Assembly (NCBI GenBank): GCA_005883775.1
Contig: VBEU01000162.1
Coordinates: 1 to 44,067, forward strand
DNA length: 44,067 nucleotides
Origin: Chloroflexota bacterium
GTDB taxonomy: Bacteria > Chloroflexota > Limnocylindria > P2-11E
Direction: 5' to 3'
Each line of letters begins with the position of its first letter. Positions within the stretch are counted from its first letter, which is position 1. The translations under genes and the position numbers were made by a program. Below, one piece after another: positions 8,698-16,682 of this stretch. The notes under the pieces are model-generated. The model did not search any database, had not been told where the DNA came from, and saw nothing but the letters and a program-made list of their open reading frames with translations.

Positions 8698-8743
8698 GCA
8701 ACCGTGCCGTCCGTGACGGAGCCGCCGCCTACTTGGACGGCGG

Positions 8744-8815
8744 TACCCCCGAGGCGAATCGAACGCCTGTCTACGGCTCCGGAGGCCGTCGCTCTATCCG
8801 CTGAGCTACGGGGGC
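8744..8815 (-). tRNA. tRNA-Arg (anticodon CCG)
   Basis: A manual cloverleaf fold works: acceptor GCCCCCG/CGGGGGU, D stem GCUC/GAGC, anticodon stem ACGGC/GCCGU with loop CU-CCG-GA, T arm AGGCG-UUCGAUU-CGCCU. The discriminator is A. It is followed by CC-G, so CCA is not fully encoded. Position 1:72 is a G-U pair. Confidence 0.9.
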
Positions 8816-8864
8816 GGGTGCGTCAATTCTAGGTCGGGTCAACTGCTAGCGTGACCGTCGAGAT

Positions 8865-9620
8865 ATGAGCGCGGGAACCACGACTCGCGAGCGCGACAAG
8901 GAGCTCTCGCTCGTTCAGCACCTCGGAGAGCTGCGGAGCCGCCTCGTGGTGTCGGCCATCGCGCTCGTCGTCGGCACCGCGATCGCCTTCTACTTCGGGA
9001 CGCAGCTCATTCGCATCCTCCTCATCCCGGTGGATTGCAGCTTCATCCCGACCTATGTTTGCCGCCAGCCCCCGACGACGCTCATCTCGCTCAGCCCGAC
9101 TGAGAACTTCACGACCTACTTTCGCGTAGCGCTTTTCGCGGGTTTCGCACTCGCGATGCCGGTGATCCTCTACGAGATCTACGCCTACATCGATCCCGCC
9201 CTCCTTCCGAAGGAGCGGCGTTTCGTCCGCTTCATGGGCCTACCAGTCATCGGCCTCTTCGTCGCGGGGATGCTCTTCTGCTACTTCGTCCTGCTGCCGA
9301 ACGCCATCAAGTTCCTCGTCACCTTCGGCCAAGAGGTCATTCACAACGAGCTGCGCGCCTCCGACTACCTGTCGTTCGTCACCATTTTCATCCTGGGGAT
9401 GGGGCTCATCTTCGAGGTCCCGGCCGCGATATTCGCCCTGATCAAGATCCACGTCATCACGCGCCAGTGGCTCGCCAAACAGCGCCGCTACGCGTTCCTC
9501 GCGGCGTTCCTCATCGGCGCGATCATCACGCCCACACCGGACCCGTTCAACCAGACGCTGGTCGCGATCCCGATGTATCTCCTGTTCGAGCTGGGCCTGT
9601 TCCTCGCACGCTTCGCCTGA
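8865..9620 (+). CDS. tatC: Twin-arginine translocase subunit TatC
   Basis: It has [13 protein letters not shown].., a six-TM layout, and a ..TPTPDPFNQ.. motif typical of TatC. Confidence 0.9.
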   Translation: MSAGTTTRERDKELSLVQHLGELRSRLVVSAIALVVGTAIAFYFGTQLIRILLIPVDCSFIPTYVCRQPPTTLISLSPTENFTTYFRVALFAGFALAMPVILYEIYAYIDPALLPKERRFVRFMGLPVIGLFVAGMLFCYFVLLPNAIKFLVTFGQEVIHNELRASDYLSFVTIFILGMGLIFEVPAAIFALIKIHVITRQWLAKQRRYAFLAAFLIGAIITPTPDPFNQTLVAIPMYLLFELGLFLARFA

Positions 9621-10893
9621 GCTCCTCCAGCCGCGCCCGGAGCTTCGCCTCAGCGCCGAGATCGGTCGGGACGTAGTAGCGCCGGCCAGCGAGGGAGTCG
9701 GGTAGGTACGTCTCGTCCGGCGCGACGTGCCCTTCGAAGTCGTGCGCGTACTTGTATCCCTTGCCGTATCCCTGCTCGGCCATCAGTCGGGTGGGCGCGT
9801 TGCGCAGGTGAAGAGGCACCGGATCCACCCGGGTTTCGGCGAGATCGTGCTGGAGCTCACCGAGTCCGCGCTTCAGGGAGTCCGACTTCGGCGCGAGCGC
9901 GAGGTACACGGTCGCCTCGGCCAGGGGGTAGTAGGCCTCGGGCATCCCGATGAGGTGCGTGGCCTGCTGGGCCGCGCTCGCGATGACGAGCGCCTGCGGG
10001 TCCGCGAGACCCACGTCCTCCCCCGCGAGGATCACGATGCGCCGCGCGATGAACATCGGATCCTCACCCGCGTCGATCATCCGCATGAGCCAATACAGAG
10101 CGGCGTCGGGGTCGGATCCGCGGACGCTCTTGATGAACGCCGAGATCGTGTCGTAGTGCTGGTCGCCCGCGCGGTCATAGAGGAGCGAGCGGCGTTGCAG
10201 GGCCTCCTTGACCTCGTCGAGCCCGACGGGCTTCTTTCCATCCGGTCCGGGCACGGCGGAATCCGCCGCTAGCTCGAGCGCGTTGAGCGCGACGCGCGCA
10301 TCGCCGTTGCTCACCGCGACCAGACCGTCCAGAGCGTCGTTGGTGAGCGCGACCGACCCGCCGAGACCGCGCGCATCCGCGAGAGCGCGTTCGACGATCA
10401 GCCTGACTTCGTCTTCGGTCAGCGGCTTCAGGGTGAACACGCGGGATCGCGAGAGGAGTGCCGAGTTCACCTCGAACGATGGGTTCTCGGTGGTCGCTCC
10501 GAGGAGCGTGACGTCGCCGTTCTCGACATACGGCAGCACTACGTCCTGCTGGGCCTTGTTGAAGCGGTGAATCTCGTCGATGAAAAGGACGGTGCCCTGA
10601 TTCGTCAGGCCGCGGAGCTTTCGCGACTCGTCGATGATCTTGCGCAGCTCGGCCACACCCGAGGCGACGGCTGAGATCGCCACGAAGCGTGACTGCGTGC
10701 GCTTCGCGCCTATCGCGGCAAGGGTCGTCTTCCCCGTGCCGGGCGGGCCCCAGAGGATCATCGAGGGGAGCTGACCGGCCTCCATCGCCTTGCGAAGGAC
10801 GCGGCCCTTCCCCACGAGGTGACCCTGACCCACGAATTCATCGAGATCGCGCGGCCGCATCCGTGCGGCGAGTGGTTGGCTTGCGGGCACCAA
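9547..10893 (-). CDS. rarA: Replication-associated recombination protein A (AAA+ ATPase RarA/MgsA)
   Basis: [15 protein letters not shown].., Walker [20 protein letters not shown], and MgsA C-terminal domain motifs ([23 protein letters not shown]). The 3' end overlaps tatC by 74 nt in convergent orientation. Confidence 0.9.
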   Translation of the reverse strand: MVPASQPLAARMRPRDLDEFVGQGHLVGKGRVLRKAMEAGQLPSMILWGPPGTGKTTLAAIGAKRTQSRFVAISAVASGVAELRKIIDESRKLRGLTNQGTVLFIDEIHRFNKAQQDVVLPYVENGDVTLLGATTENPSFEVNSALLSRSRVFTLKPLTEDEVRLIVERALADARGLGGSVALTNDALDGLVAVSNGDARVALNALELAADSAVPGPDGKKPVGLDEVKEALQRRSLLYDRAGDQHYDTISAFIKSVRGSDPDAALYWLMRMIDAGEDPMFIARRIVILAGEDVGLADPQALVIASAAQQATHLIGMPEAYYPLAEATVYLALAPKSDSLKRGLGELQHDLAETRVDPVPLHLRNAPTRLMAEQGYGKGYKYAHDFEGHVAPDETYLPDSLAGRRYYVPTDLGAEAKLRARLEELRRSVRGTGPARTGDTSGSRPASG

Positions 10894-10948
10894 CCGATTC
10901 TCGCACCGCGACCGAATTGCCGCTCCCGGGACACATAAACCGTCGCTT

Positions 10949-11281
10949 ATGCTAGGGAGCGTGGAACGGGGAGCGGTCCTCAGCCAATCGAGCCTGCGCG
11001 AGCTCCGCAGCTACTACCGGGCACTCGGCGACGTGAATCGTCTGCGCATCGTGCAGATCCTCGTCACCGAAGGCGAGCAACCGGTGTCCGAACTCGCGCG
11101 GCGTCTGCGAATCAGCCAGCCCCTCATGTCCTGGCACCTGCGGCGCCTGCGGCGCGCGGGGATCGTGCGGATGGAGCGGGTGGGTCGCGAGGTCCGTTGC
11201 TCGTTCGACCGCGAAAAGTTCGCCGACCTCAACGCGCGCGGGTTCCGTCTGCTCATGAATCGCGCCGAGGCGCAGGCATGA
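10949..11281 (+). CDS. ArsR/SmtB-family winged-helix transcriptional regulator
   Basis: ..[49 protein letters not shown].. is the canonical ArsR HTH region. Confidence 0.8.
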   Translation: MLGSVERGAVLSQSSLRELRSYYRALGDVNRLRIVQILVTEGEQPVSELARRLRISQPLMSWHLRRLRRAGIVRMERVGREVRCSFDREKFADLNARGFRLLMNRAEAQA

Positions 11282-11898
11282 GCCACGGCGTGGTGCCCGA
11301 CCGATTGGCCGAAGGCGCGCGGGCGGGGATCGGTCCGCTGGCCCGGGCGCTCGCCGCCATGGGCATATCGGCGAACGCAGTGACGATCGCGGGAGGCGTG
11401 CTCAGCGTCATCGGTGCCGGATTCCTGGCGGCGGGAATGCCACTGCCTGCGCTCATCGTCCTGTTGATCGGGACGCTGGCCGACACGCTCGACGGGCAGC
11501 TCGCGAAAGCCTCCGGTGGGGGAACACGCCTCGGCGCGTTCCTGGATTCAACGGTCGATCGGGTCGCGGACGGCGCGCTGTTCGTGGGCGCAGCCGTGGC
11601 GGGGGCGAACCTCGGCCAAATGCTGCTCCTCTGGTCGTCGCTCATCGCCCTTGTCGCATCGTTCCTGGTCCCGTACGTTCGCGCGAAGGCCGAATCGCTG
11701 GGCGTAAGCGCGAGCGTCGGGCCGGCGCCGCGTGAGGCGCGCATCGTCATTTTCCTGATCGGTCTCGCGTCCTGGGCTGTCTTCGACCTCGTCGTGCTGT
11801 TCGTCGCAGCGGTTCTCGCCCTCGCGCTCCTCTCGACGATCACATTCGTGCTCCGGGTGGTCCACGTCGGCCGCCAACTCTCGACCAAAGAAAGGTAG
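11278..11898 (+). CDS. pgsA1: CDP-alcohol phosphatidyltransferase, PgsA1-type phosphatidylinositol-phosphate (PIP) synthase
   Basis: ATG 11278 overlaps the ArsR stop as ATGA. The motif DTLDGQLAKASGGGTRLGAFLDSTVDRVAD closely matches the mycobacterial PgsA1 signature DxxDGxxAR..GGGTRFGAxLDxxxDRxxD. The track ORF start at 11197 lies inside the ArsR gene and was not used. Confidence 0.85.
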   Translation: MSHGVVPDRLAEGARAGIGPLARALAAMGISANAVTIAGGVLSVIGAGFLAAGMPLPALIVLLIGTLADTLDGQLAKASGGGTRLGAFLDSTVDRVADGALFVGAAVAGANLGQMLLLWSSLIALVASFLVPYVRAKAESLGVSASVGPAPREARIVIFLIGLASWAVFDLVVLFVAAVLALALLSTITFVLRVVHVGRQLSTKER

Positions 11899-11910
11899 AT
11901 ATCCGAACTC

Positions 11911-13062
11911 ATGCCGATTGCGAAGAAGAGAAAGAAAGCGTCGACCACGCGCCGCGGGAACAAGAGGATCCGCGTCGCGATCATCGGTGTCGGTAACTGC
12001 GCGAGCTCGCTCGTGCAGGGTGTCCACTACTACCGAAACGCCAAGCCCGGCGACCGCGTGCCCGGGATCATGCACGTCGACCTCGGCGGCTATCACATCC
12101 GTGACGTCGACTTTGTCGCAGCGATCGACGTGGATCGGAACAAGGTCGGCAAGGATCTCGCCGACGCGATCTATCAGGCACCGAACAACACCTACCGCTT
12201 CGCCGACGTTCCGCGAACCGGGGTGAAGGTCTCGCGAGGCATGACCCACGACGGGATCGGCAAGTACCTCTCCGAGGTCGTCAAGAAGGCCCCAGGGGCC
12301 ACGGATGACATTGTCGCGATCCTGCGCGATCGGGAGGTCGACGTCGTCGTGAGCTACCTGCCGGTCGGAAGCGAGGAAGCCACGAAGTGGTACGTCGAGC
12401 AGACGCTGGAAGCCGGGTGCGCGTTCATCAACTGCATCCCGGTGTTCATCGCCCGCGAGCCGTACTGGCAGAAGCGCTTTGCCCAGAAGAACCTGCCGAT
12501 CATCGGCGACGACATCAAGTCACAGGTCGGCGCCACGATCACGCATCGTGTCCTCACCCGACTGTTCATGGACCGCGGCGTGCGCCTCGATCGCACCTAT
12601 CAGCTGAACTTCGGCGGCAACACCGACTTCCTCAATATGCTCGAGCGTGAGCGTCTCGAGTCGAAGAAGATCAGCAAGACGAACGCCGTGACGAGCATGC
12701 TCGACTATCCGATGGACGCGAAGGACGTCCACGTCGGCCCCTCCGACTACGTGCCGTGGCTCCTGGACCGCAAGTGGTGCTATATCCGCATGGAGGGAAC
12801 GACCTTCGGCGACGTACCGCTGAACGCGGAGGTAAAGCTCGAGGTCTGGGACTCGCCGAACAGTGCCGGAGTCGTCATCGACGCAATACGCTGCTGCAAG
12901 CTCGCGCTCGACCGGGGCCTCGGCGGCACGATCGTGGCGCCGTCGGCGTACTTCATGAAGTCGCCGCCGCGCCAGATCCCGGACGACCGGGCGCGCGAGG
13001 GCGTGGAGGAATACATCAAGGGCCGTTCCGGTCAGCAGACGCTCAGCGGGTCGACGACCTAG
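11911..13062 (+). CDS. ino1: myo-Inositol-1-phosphate (inositol-3-phosphate) synthase
   Basis: [17 protein letters not shown] Rossmann N-terminus, ..[11 protein letters not shown].., ..[11 protein letters not shown].., ..NFGGNTDF... The length and motifs match bacterial and archaeal Ino1. Confidence 0.9.
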   Translation: MPIAKKRKKASTTRRGNKRIRVAIIGVGNCASSLVQGVHYYRNAKPGDRVPGIMHVDLGGYHIRDVDFVAAIDVDRNKVGKDLADAIYQAPNNTYRFADVPRTGVKVSRGMTHDGIGKYLSEVVKKAPGATDDIVAILRDREVDVVVSYLPVGSEEATKWYVEQTLEAGCAFINCIPVFIAREPYWQKRFAQKNLPIIGDDIKSQVGATITHRVLTRLFMDRGVRLDRTYQLNFGGNTDFLNMLERERLESKKISKTNAVTSMLDYPMDAKDVHVGPSDYVPWLLDRKWCYIRMEGTTFGDVPLNAEVKLEVWDSPNSAGVVIDAIRCCKLALDRGLGGTIVAPSAYFMKSPPRQIPDDRAREGVEEYIKGRSGQQTLSGSTT

Positions 13063-13064
13063 AG

Positions 13065-13973
13065 ATGCTGGACCGTCTGCTCCACGGATCGGCGTTTTGG
13101 GGCTGGCGCGTCGGCGCGTCGCTCGCGCAGCGCCTGCCATCGTGGATCACGTATCCCGCCGCGGTGGTCGGCGGCGAGCTCGCGTACCTCCTCTGGGTGG
13201 GGCGCCGGCGCGTCGCGAAGCAGAACTTCGCCGTCGTGCTCGCGCTCCCGGCGGGCGATCGCGAGGTCGCCCGCGTGGCGCGGCGCTCGTTCCGCAATTT
13301 CGCGAAGTACCTCGTCGAGATCATGCGGTTCCCCCGCCTCGAGACCGCGGATTTCGCGCGGCTCGTCACGGTCGACCCGCGCTCTTGGTCGTACTTCCGG
13401 GCCGCGCGCGACCACGGGCGCGGCCTCATCTTCGTTTCGATGCATTTCGGCAACTTCGAGATCGGCGGCGCTCGGATAGCCGACGAGATCCCGCTCAATG
13501 TCATCGCCGACGAGCTCGAGAACCAGCGCCTCATGGATCTCCTCGTCGCGAACCGTGCCCACAAGAACGTGAAGCTCCTCCCCCCGGAGGGAGCGGTCCG
13601 CCAGGTGCTTCAGGCCCTACGCCGCAACGAGATGGTCGGGCTCATGATGGATCTGGGGCCGCGCGCGAAAGAGCTCGACAACGTCGAGGTGATGTTCTTC
13701 GGCGAGCTCACCGCGTTCCCGACCATCGCCGCGAACCTCGCCCGGGTTTCCGGAGCGCCGATCGTCGTCGCGGCCGTGACGAGGGAACGCGACAACACTT
13801 TCCGCGGCGTCGCTCTGCCGCCGATCTTCGTCGAACGGACGAAGCAGGCCGCCCATGACATCGAGCACACCACACAGGCGATCGTTCACGGCCTCGAGCA
13901 GCTCGTCCGCGGCGATCCCGACCAGTGGTACATATTCCGCCCGATGTGGACCCGGCCCGAAGGCACCCCGTAA
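13065..13973 (+). CDS. Lysophospholipid/lipid A-type (LpxL/HtrB family) acyltransferase, PatA-like, copy 1
   Basis: ATG 13065 lies 2 nt after the ino1 stop. The sequence ..VAKQNFAVVL..FRNFAKYLVEIMRFPRL..FVSMHFGNFEIGG.. contains the H(x)4-type acyltransferase motif, and the C-terminal PDQWYIFRPMW matches the family. The track ORF start at 12756 lies inside ino1 and was not used. Confidence 0.8.
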   Translation: MLDRLLHGSAFWGWRVGASLAQRLPSWITYPAAVVGGELAYLLWVGRRRVAKQNFAVVLALPAGDREVARVARRSFRNFAKYLVEIMRFPRLETADFARLVTVDPRSWSYFRAARDHGRGLIFVSMHFGNFEIGGARIADEIPLNVIADELENQRLMDLLVANRAHKNVKLLPPEGAVRQVLQALRRNEMVGLMMDLGPRAKELDNVEVMFFGELTAFPTIAANLARVSGAPIVVAAVTRERDNTFRGVALPPIFVERTKQAAHDIEHTTQAIVHGLEQLVRGDPDQWYIFRPMWTRPEGTP

Positions 13974-13975
13974 CC

Positions 13976-14818
13976 ATGGGCGCTACGCGGGCGCTCGCCC
14001 GAGCGGCCGAGCGAATCCTGCCGAGAGTGCCGCCGGCATGGCAGGGGCTGATCTCCGAGGTCGCCGGGACCATGGCGTATCTGGTAGCGCCTCGCGGCCG
14101 AGCCGCGGTCCGCGCGAACCTGGCGACGATCGCGCCGGGCCGGTCGCTGAGCGCCCGGCGCGTGTTCGTGAATCAGGTCCGGCAATACCTCGAGGTATTT
14201 CAGATCCCGCGCCTGGATCGCGCGCGTTTTGACGCGGTCGTCCGTGTCGAAGGGTGGGACAACTTCGTGTGCGCGCAGCGTCTCGGCAAGGGCGTGATCT
14301 TCGGCAGCGCGCACCTCGGACCGATCGCGCTGGTGGGGCAGGTCCTCATCACGCGCGGGTACACGCTTACGCTTCCCGCCGAGAAGACCGACTCCGAGTT
14401 CATGCGTGCCGTCAATCGAGCACGGCAGGCGCAAGGCCTCGTGCTCGTGCCGATGGACTCGGCCATCGGGATCCACCGGGTCATCCGCGACGGCGGCGTG
14501 CTCGGCATCCTCGCGGACCGTGCCGTGACGGGTGTTGGCGAGCGGGTCGAGTTCTTCGGACGGACGGCGCTCTTGCCGTCGGCACATGTGGCCCTGGCCC
14601 TGCGGACGGGCGCGGCCCTCCTCCCCGCGTTCGCCTGGCGCGAGAATGAATTCCTCGTCGCCCGGATCGAGGAGCCGCTCGTGCTCGCGTCCACTGGCGA
14701 CCGGGACTCCGATGTCCGCGCGGGTGTCCGTCAATTCGCCGCCCGTCTCGAGCGCTACGTCAAGGAGCACCCCGAACAGTGGTCGGTGTTCGAGCCTGTG
14801 TGGGGGATTCTTGGGTAG
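13976..14818 (+). CDS. LpxL/HtrB-family acyltransferase, PatA-like, copy 2
   Basis: ATG 13976 lies 2 nt after the copy-1 stop. It has the same architecture: ..VRANLATI..FGSAHLGPIALVG.. and the C-terminal HPEQWSVFEPVW. Confidence 0.8.
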   Translation: MGATRALARAAERILPRVPPAWQGLISEVAGTMAYLVAPRGRAAVRANLATIAPGRSLSARRVFVNQVRQYLEVFQIPRLDRARFDAVVRVEGWDNFVCAQRLGKGVIFGSAHLGPIALVGQVLITRGYTLTLPAEKTDSEFMRAVNRARQAQGLVLVPMDSAIGIHRVIRDGGVLGILADRAVTGVGERVEFFGRTALLPSAHVALALRTGAALLPAFAWRENEFLVARIEEPLVLASTGDRDSDVRAGVRQFAARLERYVKEHPEQWSVFEPVWGILG

Positions 14819-15542
14819 AGCGGATCTGCAGCTCCATAGCGACCTGGGCGACGGTCTTTCGTCGATCGAAGAGATCCTCGACTCCGCCGAGAAGGCCGGA
14901 CTGGACGTCATCGCGCTCACCGATCACGACGACATCCGCGGCGCCTTCGAGCTGCGCGAGCTTGCGGCGCGGCGCTCGAGCCCCGTCGAGATCGTGACAG
15001 GTGTCGAGGTCACGACGCGATCAGGCCATCTCCTCGCGCTTTGGATCGAAGACGAGATACCGATGTTCTGCTCGCTGGCGCACGCGCTCGCCCGGATCCA
15101 CCAGGCCGGCGGCATCGCAATCGTGCCGCATCCGCTGTCGTACCTCACGTTCTCCATCGGCGAGGGTGCGCTGCGGCAGCTCGCGGCCCTCGGCGATAAC
15201 GCGAAGATGGTCGACGCGATCGAGCTGCGCAACCCCTCCTATGCCGGACGCGTGCGCGCTTCCCGCGCGCTGTGGCTGAACACCCACGTCCTTCGCGTCG
15301 CGGAGACCGGATCGAGCGACGCGCACCATGCGGCGCTCGTCGGGACGTGCTGGACGGAGTTTCCCGGAAGCAAGGCTGGGGAGCTGCGGAGCGCGCTTCA
15401 AGCGCACGCAACCCGAGCCGACGGCCGAGGCTGGACGCTGCGCGAGCATCTCGACGGCGCCGCGAAGCAGCAGTGGCGGTCGATGGTCCGCGACCCGGTC
15501 AAGCGCGCGCGACGCACAATGACCCGCTCGAGGAAGAAATGA
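14811..15542 (+). CDS. PHP-domain metal-dependent phosphoesterase
   Basis: PHP motifs are DLQLHSDLGDG, IALTDHDD, GVEV, VPHPLS and GSSDAHH. The most plausible start is TTG 14811, which overlaps the upstream stop TAG 14816-18. Sequence upstream in this frame is out-of-frame Ser/Arg/Pro junk. The start is uncertain. Confidence 0.75.
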   Translation: MGRADLQLHSDLGDGLSSIEEILDSAEKAGLDVIALTDHDDIRGAFELRELAARRSSPVEIVTGVEVTTRSGHLLALWIEDEIPMFCSLAHALARIHQAGGIAIVPHPLSYLTFSIGEGALRQLAALGDNAKMVDAIELRNPSYAGRVRASRALWLNTHVLRVAETGSSDAHHAALVGTCWTEFPGSKAGELRSALQAHATRADGRGWTLREHLDGAAKQQWRSMVRDPVKRARRTMTRSRKK

Positions 15543-15549
15543 AGCTCAC

Positions 15550-16665
15550 ATGAAGATCGGGATTGTTTCTCCCTACGCCTATCCGCGGCCCGGCGGTGCG
15601 AACTCGTACATCCGCGAGAGTTACGAGGAGCTGCGCCGCCTGGGACACGACGTTCGGATCATCACCGCTCCGTGGGGCGACGACCCGCCCGCTCAGGACG
15701 TGATCCAGATCGGTCAGGCGATCGCCGTCCCCTACAACGGCGCGATCGGGCGGATCACGCTGTCCCTGCGCCTCGAATGGCTCGTGTCGCGCATGCTCGA
15801 TCGGGAGCGGTTCGACATCATCCATCACCACGAGCCGCTGGTTCCGTTCCTGTCGATGCAGATCCTCGACTCCGCACGGTGCCCTCAGGTGGCCACGTTC
15901 CACGCGTTCGGCGGATTCTCCTTTTCTTACTGGGCCGGCCGGCCGATCGGCAACCGCTACATGAACAAGCTCGATGCTCGGATCGCAGTTTCGAGTGCCG
16001 CACGTCACTTCATCTCGACCTACTTCCCGGGCGATTACAAGATCATCCCGAACGGAGTGGACGTGCAGTTCTACTCGAGCGCGAGGCCGTTTCCCGAGTA
16101 TGAGGACGGAAAGATCAACATCCTCTTCGTCGGACGGCTCGAGCCGCGTAAAGGCGCGATGTATCTCATGGAGGCCTACGCGAAGCTGAAGCCCAAGCAC
16201 CCAGAGCTCCGGCTGATCCTCTGCAGCGTCGGTCCGCTGCTCGGCAAGCTCCGGCGCTTCGTCCGCGAAAATCGCCTCGAGGACGTGCTCTTCGCGGGTC
16301 GCGTGTCGGATGTGGACAAGGCCCGCTTCTACAAGACGGCGCACGTCTTCTGCGCCCCCTCGACCGGTCAAGAGTCCTTCGGGATCGTGCTCCTTGAGGC
16401 CATGGCCGCCGGCTTACCCGTCGTGGCGAGCGACATCCACGGCTACAAGCGTGTCGTACAGCGAAATGTCACCGGACTCCTGGTCGAGCCCCGCGACCCC
16501 GACGCCATCGCGGGGGCCCTCGAACGCTTGCTCTGCGAGCCCGCGCTGCGCGACCGCCTGGGCCAGGCCGGGGCGAAGCGGGCTCCCGAGTACGACTGGT
16601 CGCACGTCACCGCTCAGCTCGTTGAACTCTACGAGGAAGTCATTCGTAAGAGGGGCGTGCGCTAG
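15550..16665 (+). CDS. pimA: GT4 glycosyltransferase, PimA-like phosphatidylinositol alpha-mannosyltransferase
   Basis: MKIGIVSPYAYPRPGGANSYI.., ..PNGVDV..F.., ..FVGRLEPRKG.., ..APSTGQESFGIVLLEAMAAGLPVVASD.. parallel mycobacterial PimA along the whole length. Confidence 0.85.
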   Translation: MKIGIVSPYAYPRPGGANSYIRESYEELRRLGHDVRIITAPWGDDPPAQDVIQIGQAIAVPYNGAIGRITLSLRLEWLVSRMLDRERFDIIHHHEPLVPFLSMQILDSARCPQVATFHAFGGFSFSYWAGRPIGNRYMNKLDARIAVSSAARHFISTYFPGDYKIIPNGVDVQFYSSARPFPEYEDGKINILFVGRLEPRKGAMYLMEAYAKLKPKHPELRLILCSVGPLLGKLRRFVRENRLEDVLFAGRVSDVDKARFYKTAHVFCAPSTGQESFGIVLLEAMAAGLPVVASDIHGYKRVVQRNVTGLLVEPRDPDAIAGALERLLCEPALRDRLGQAGAKRAPEYDWSHVTAQLVELYEEVIRKRGVR

Positions 16666-16682
16666 AGTCTCGGCCCGAGGGG

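Noticed and set aside
8659-8864. tRNA-adjacent region as an integration hotspot or genomic island boundary
   Set aside because: No integrase, no direct repeat of the tRNA 3' end, and no phage or transposon genes were seen on either side. The flanking genes are housekeeping (tatC, rarA) or a stress gene.
10894-10948. Possible ArsR operator in the rarA/ArsR divergent region (ACCGATT / ACCGAAT)
   Set aside because: The two elements are in direct rather than inverted orientation and are imperfect. No 12-2-12-type palindrome typical of ArsR/SmtB operators is present.
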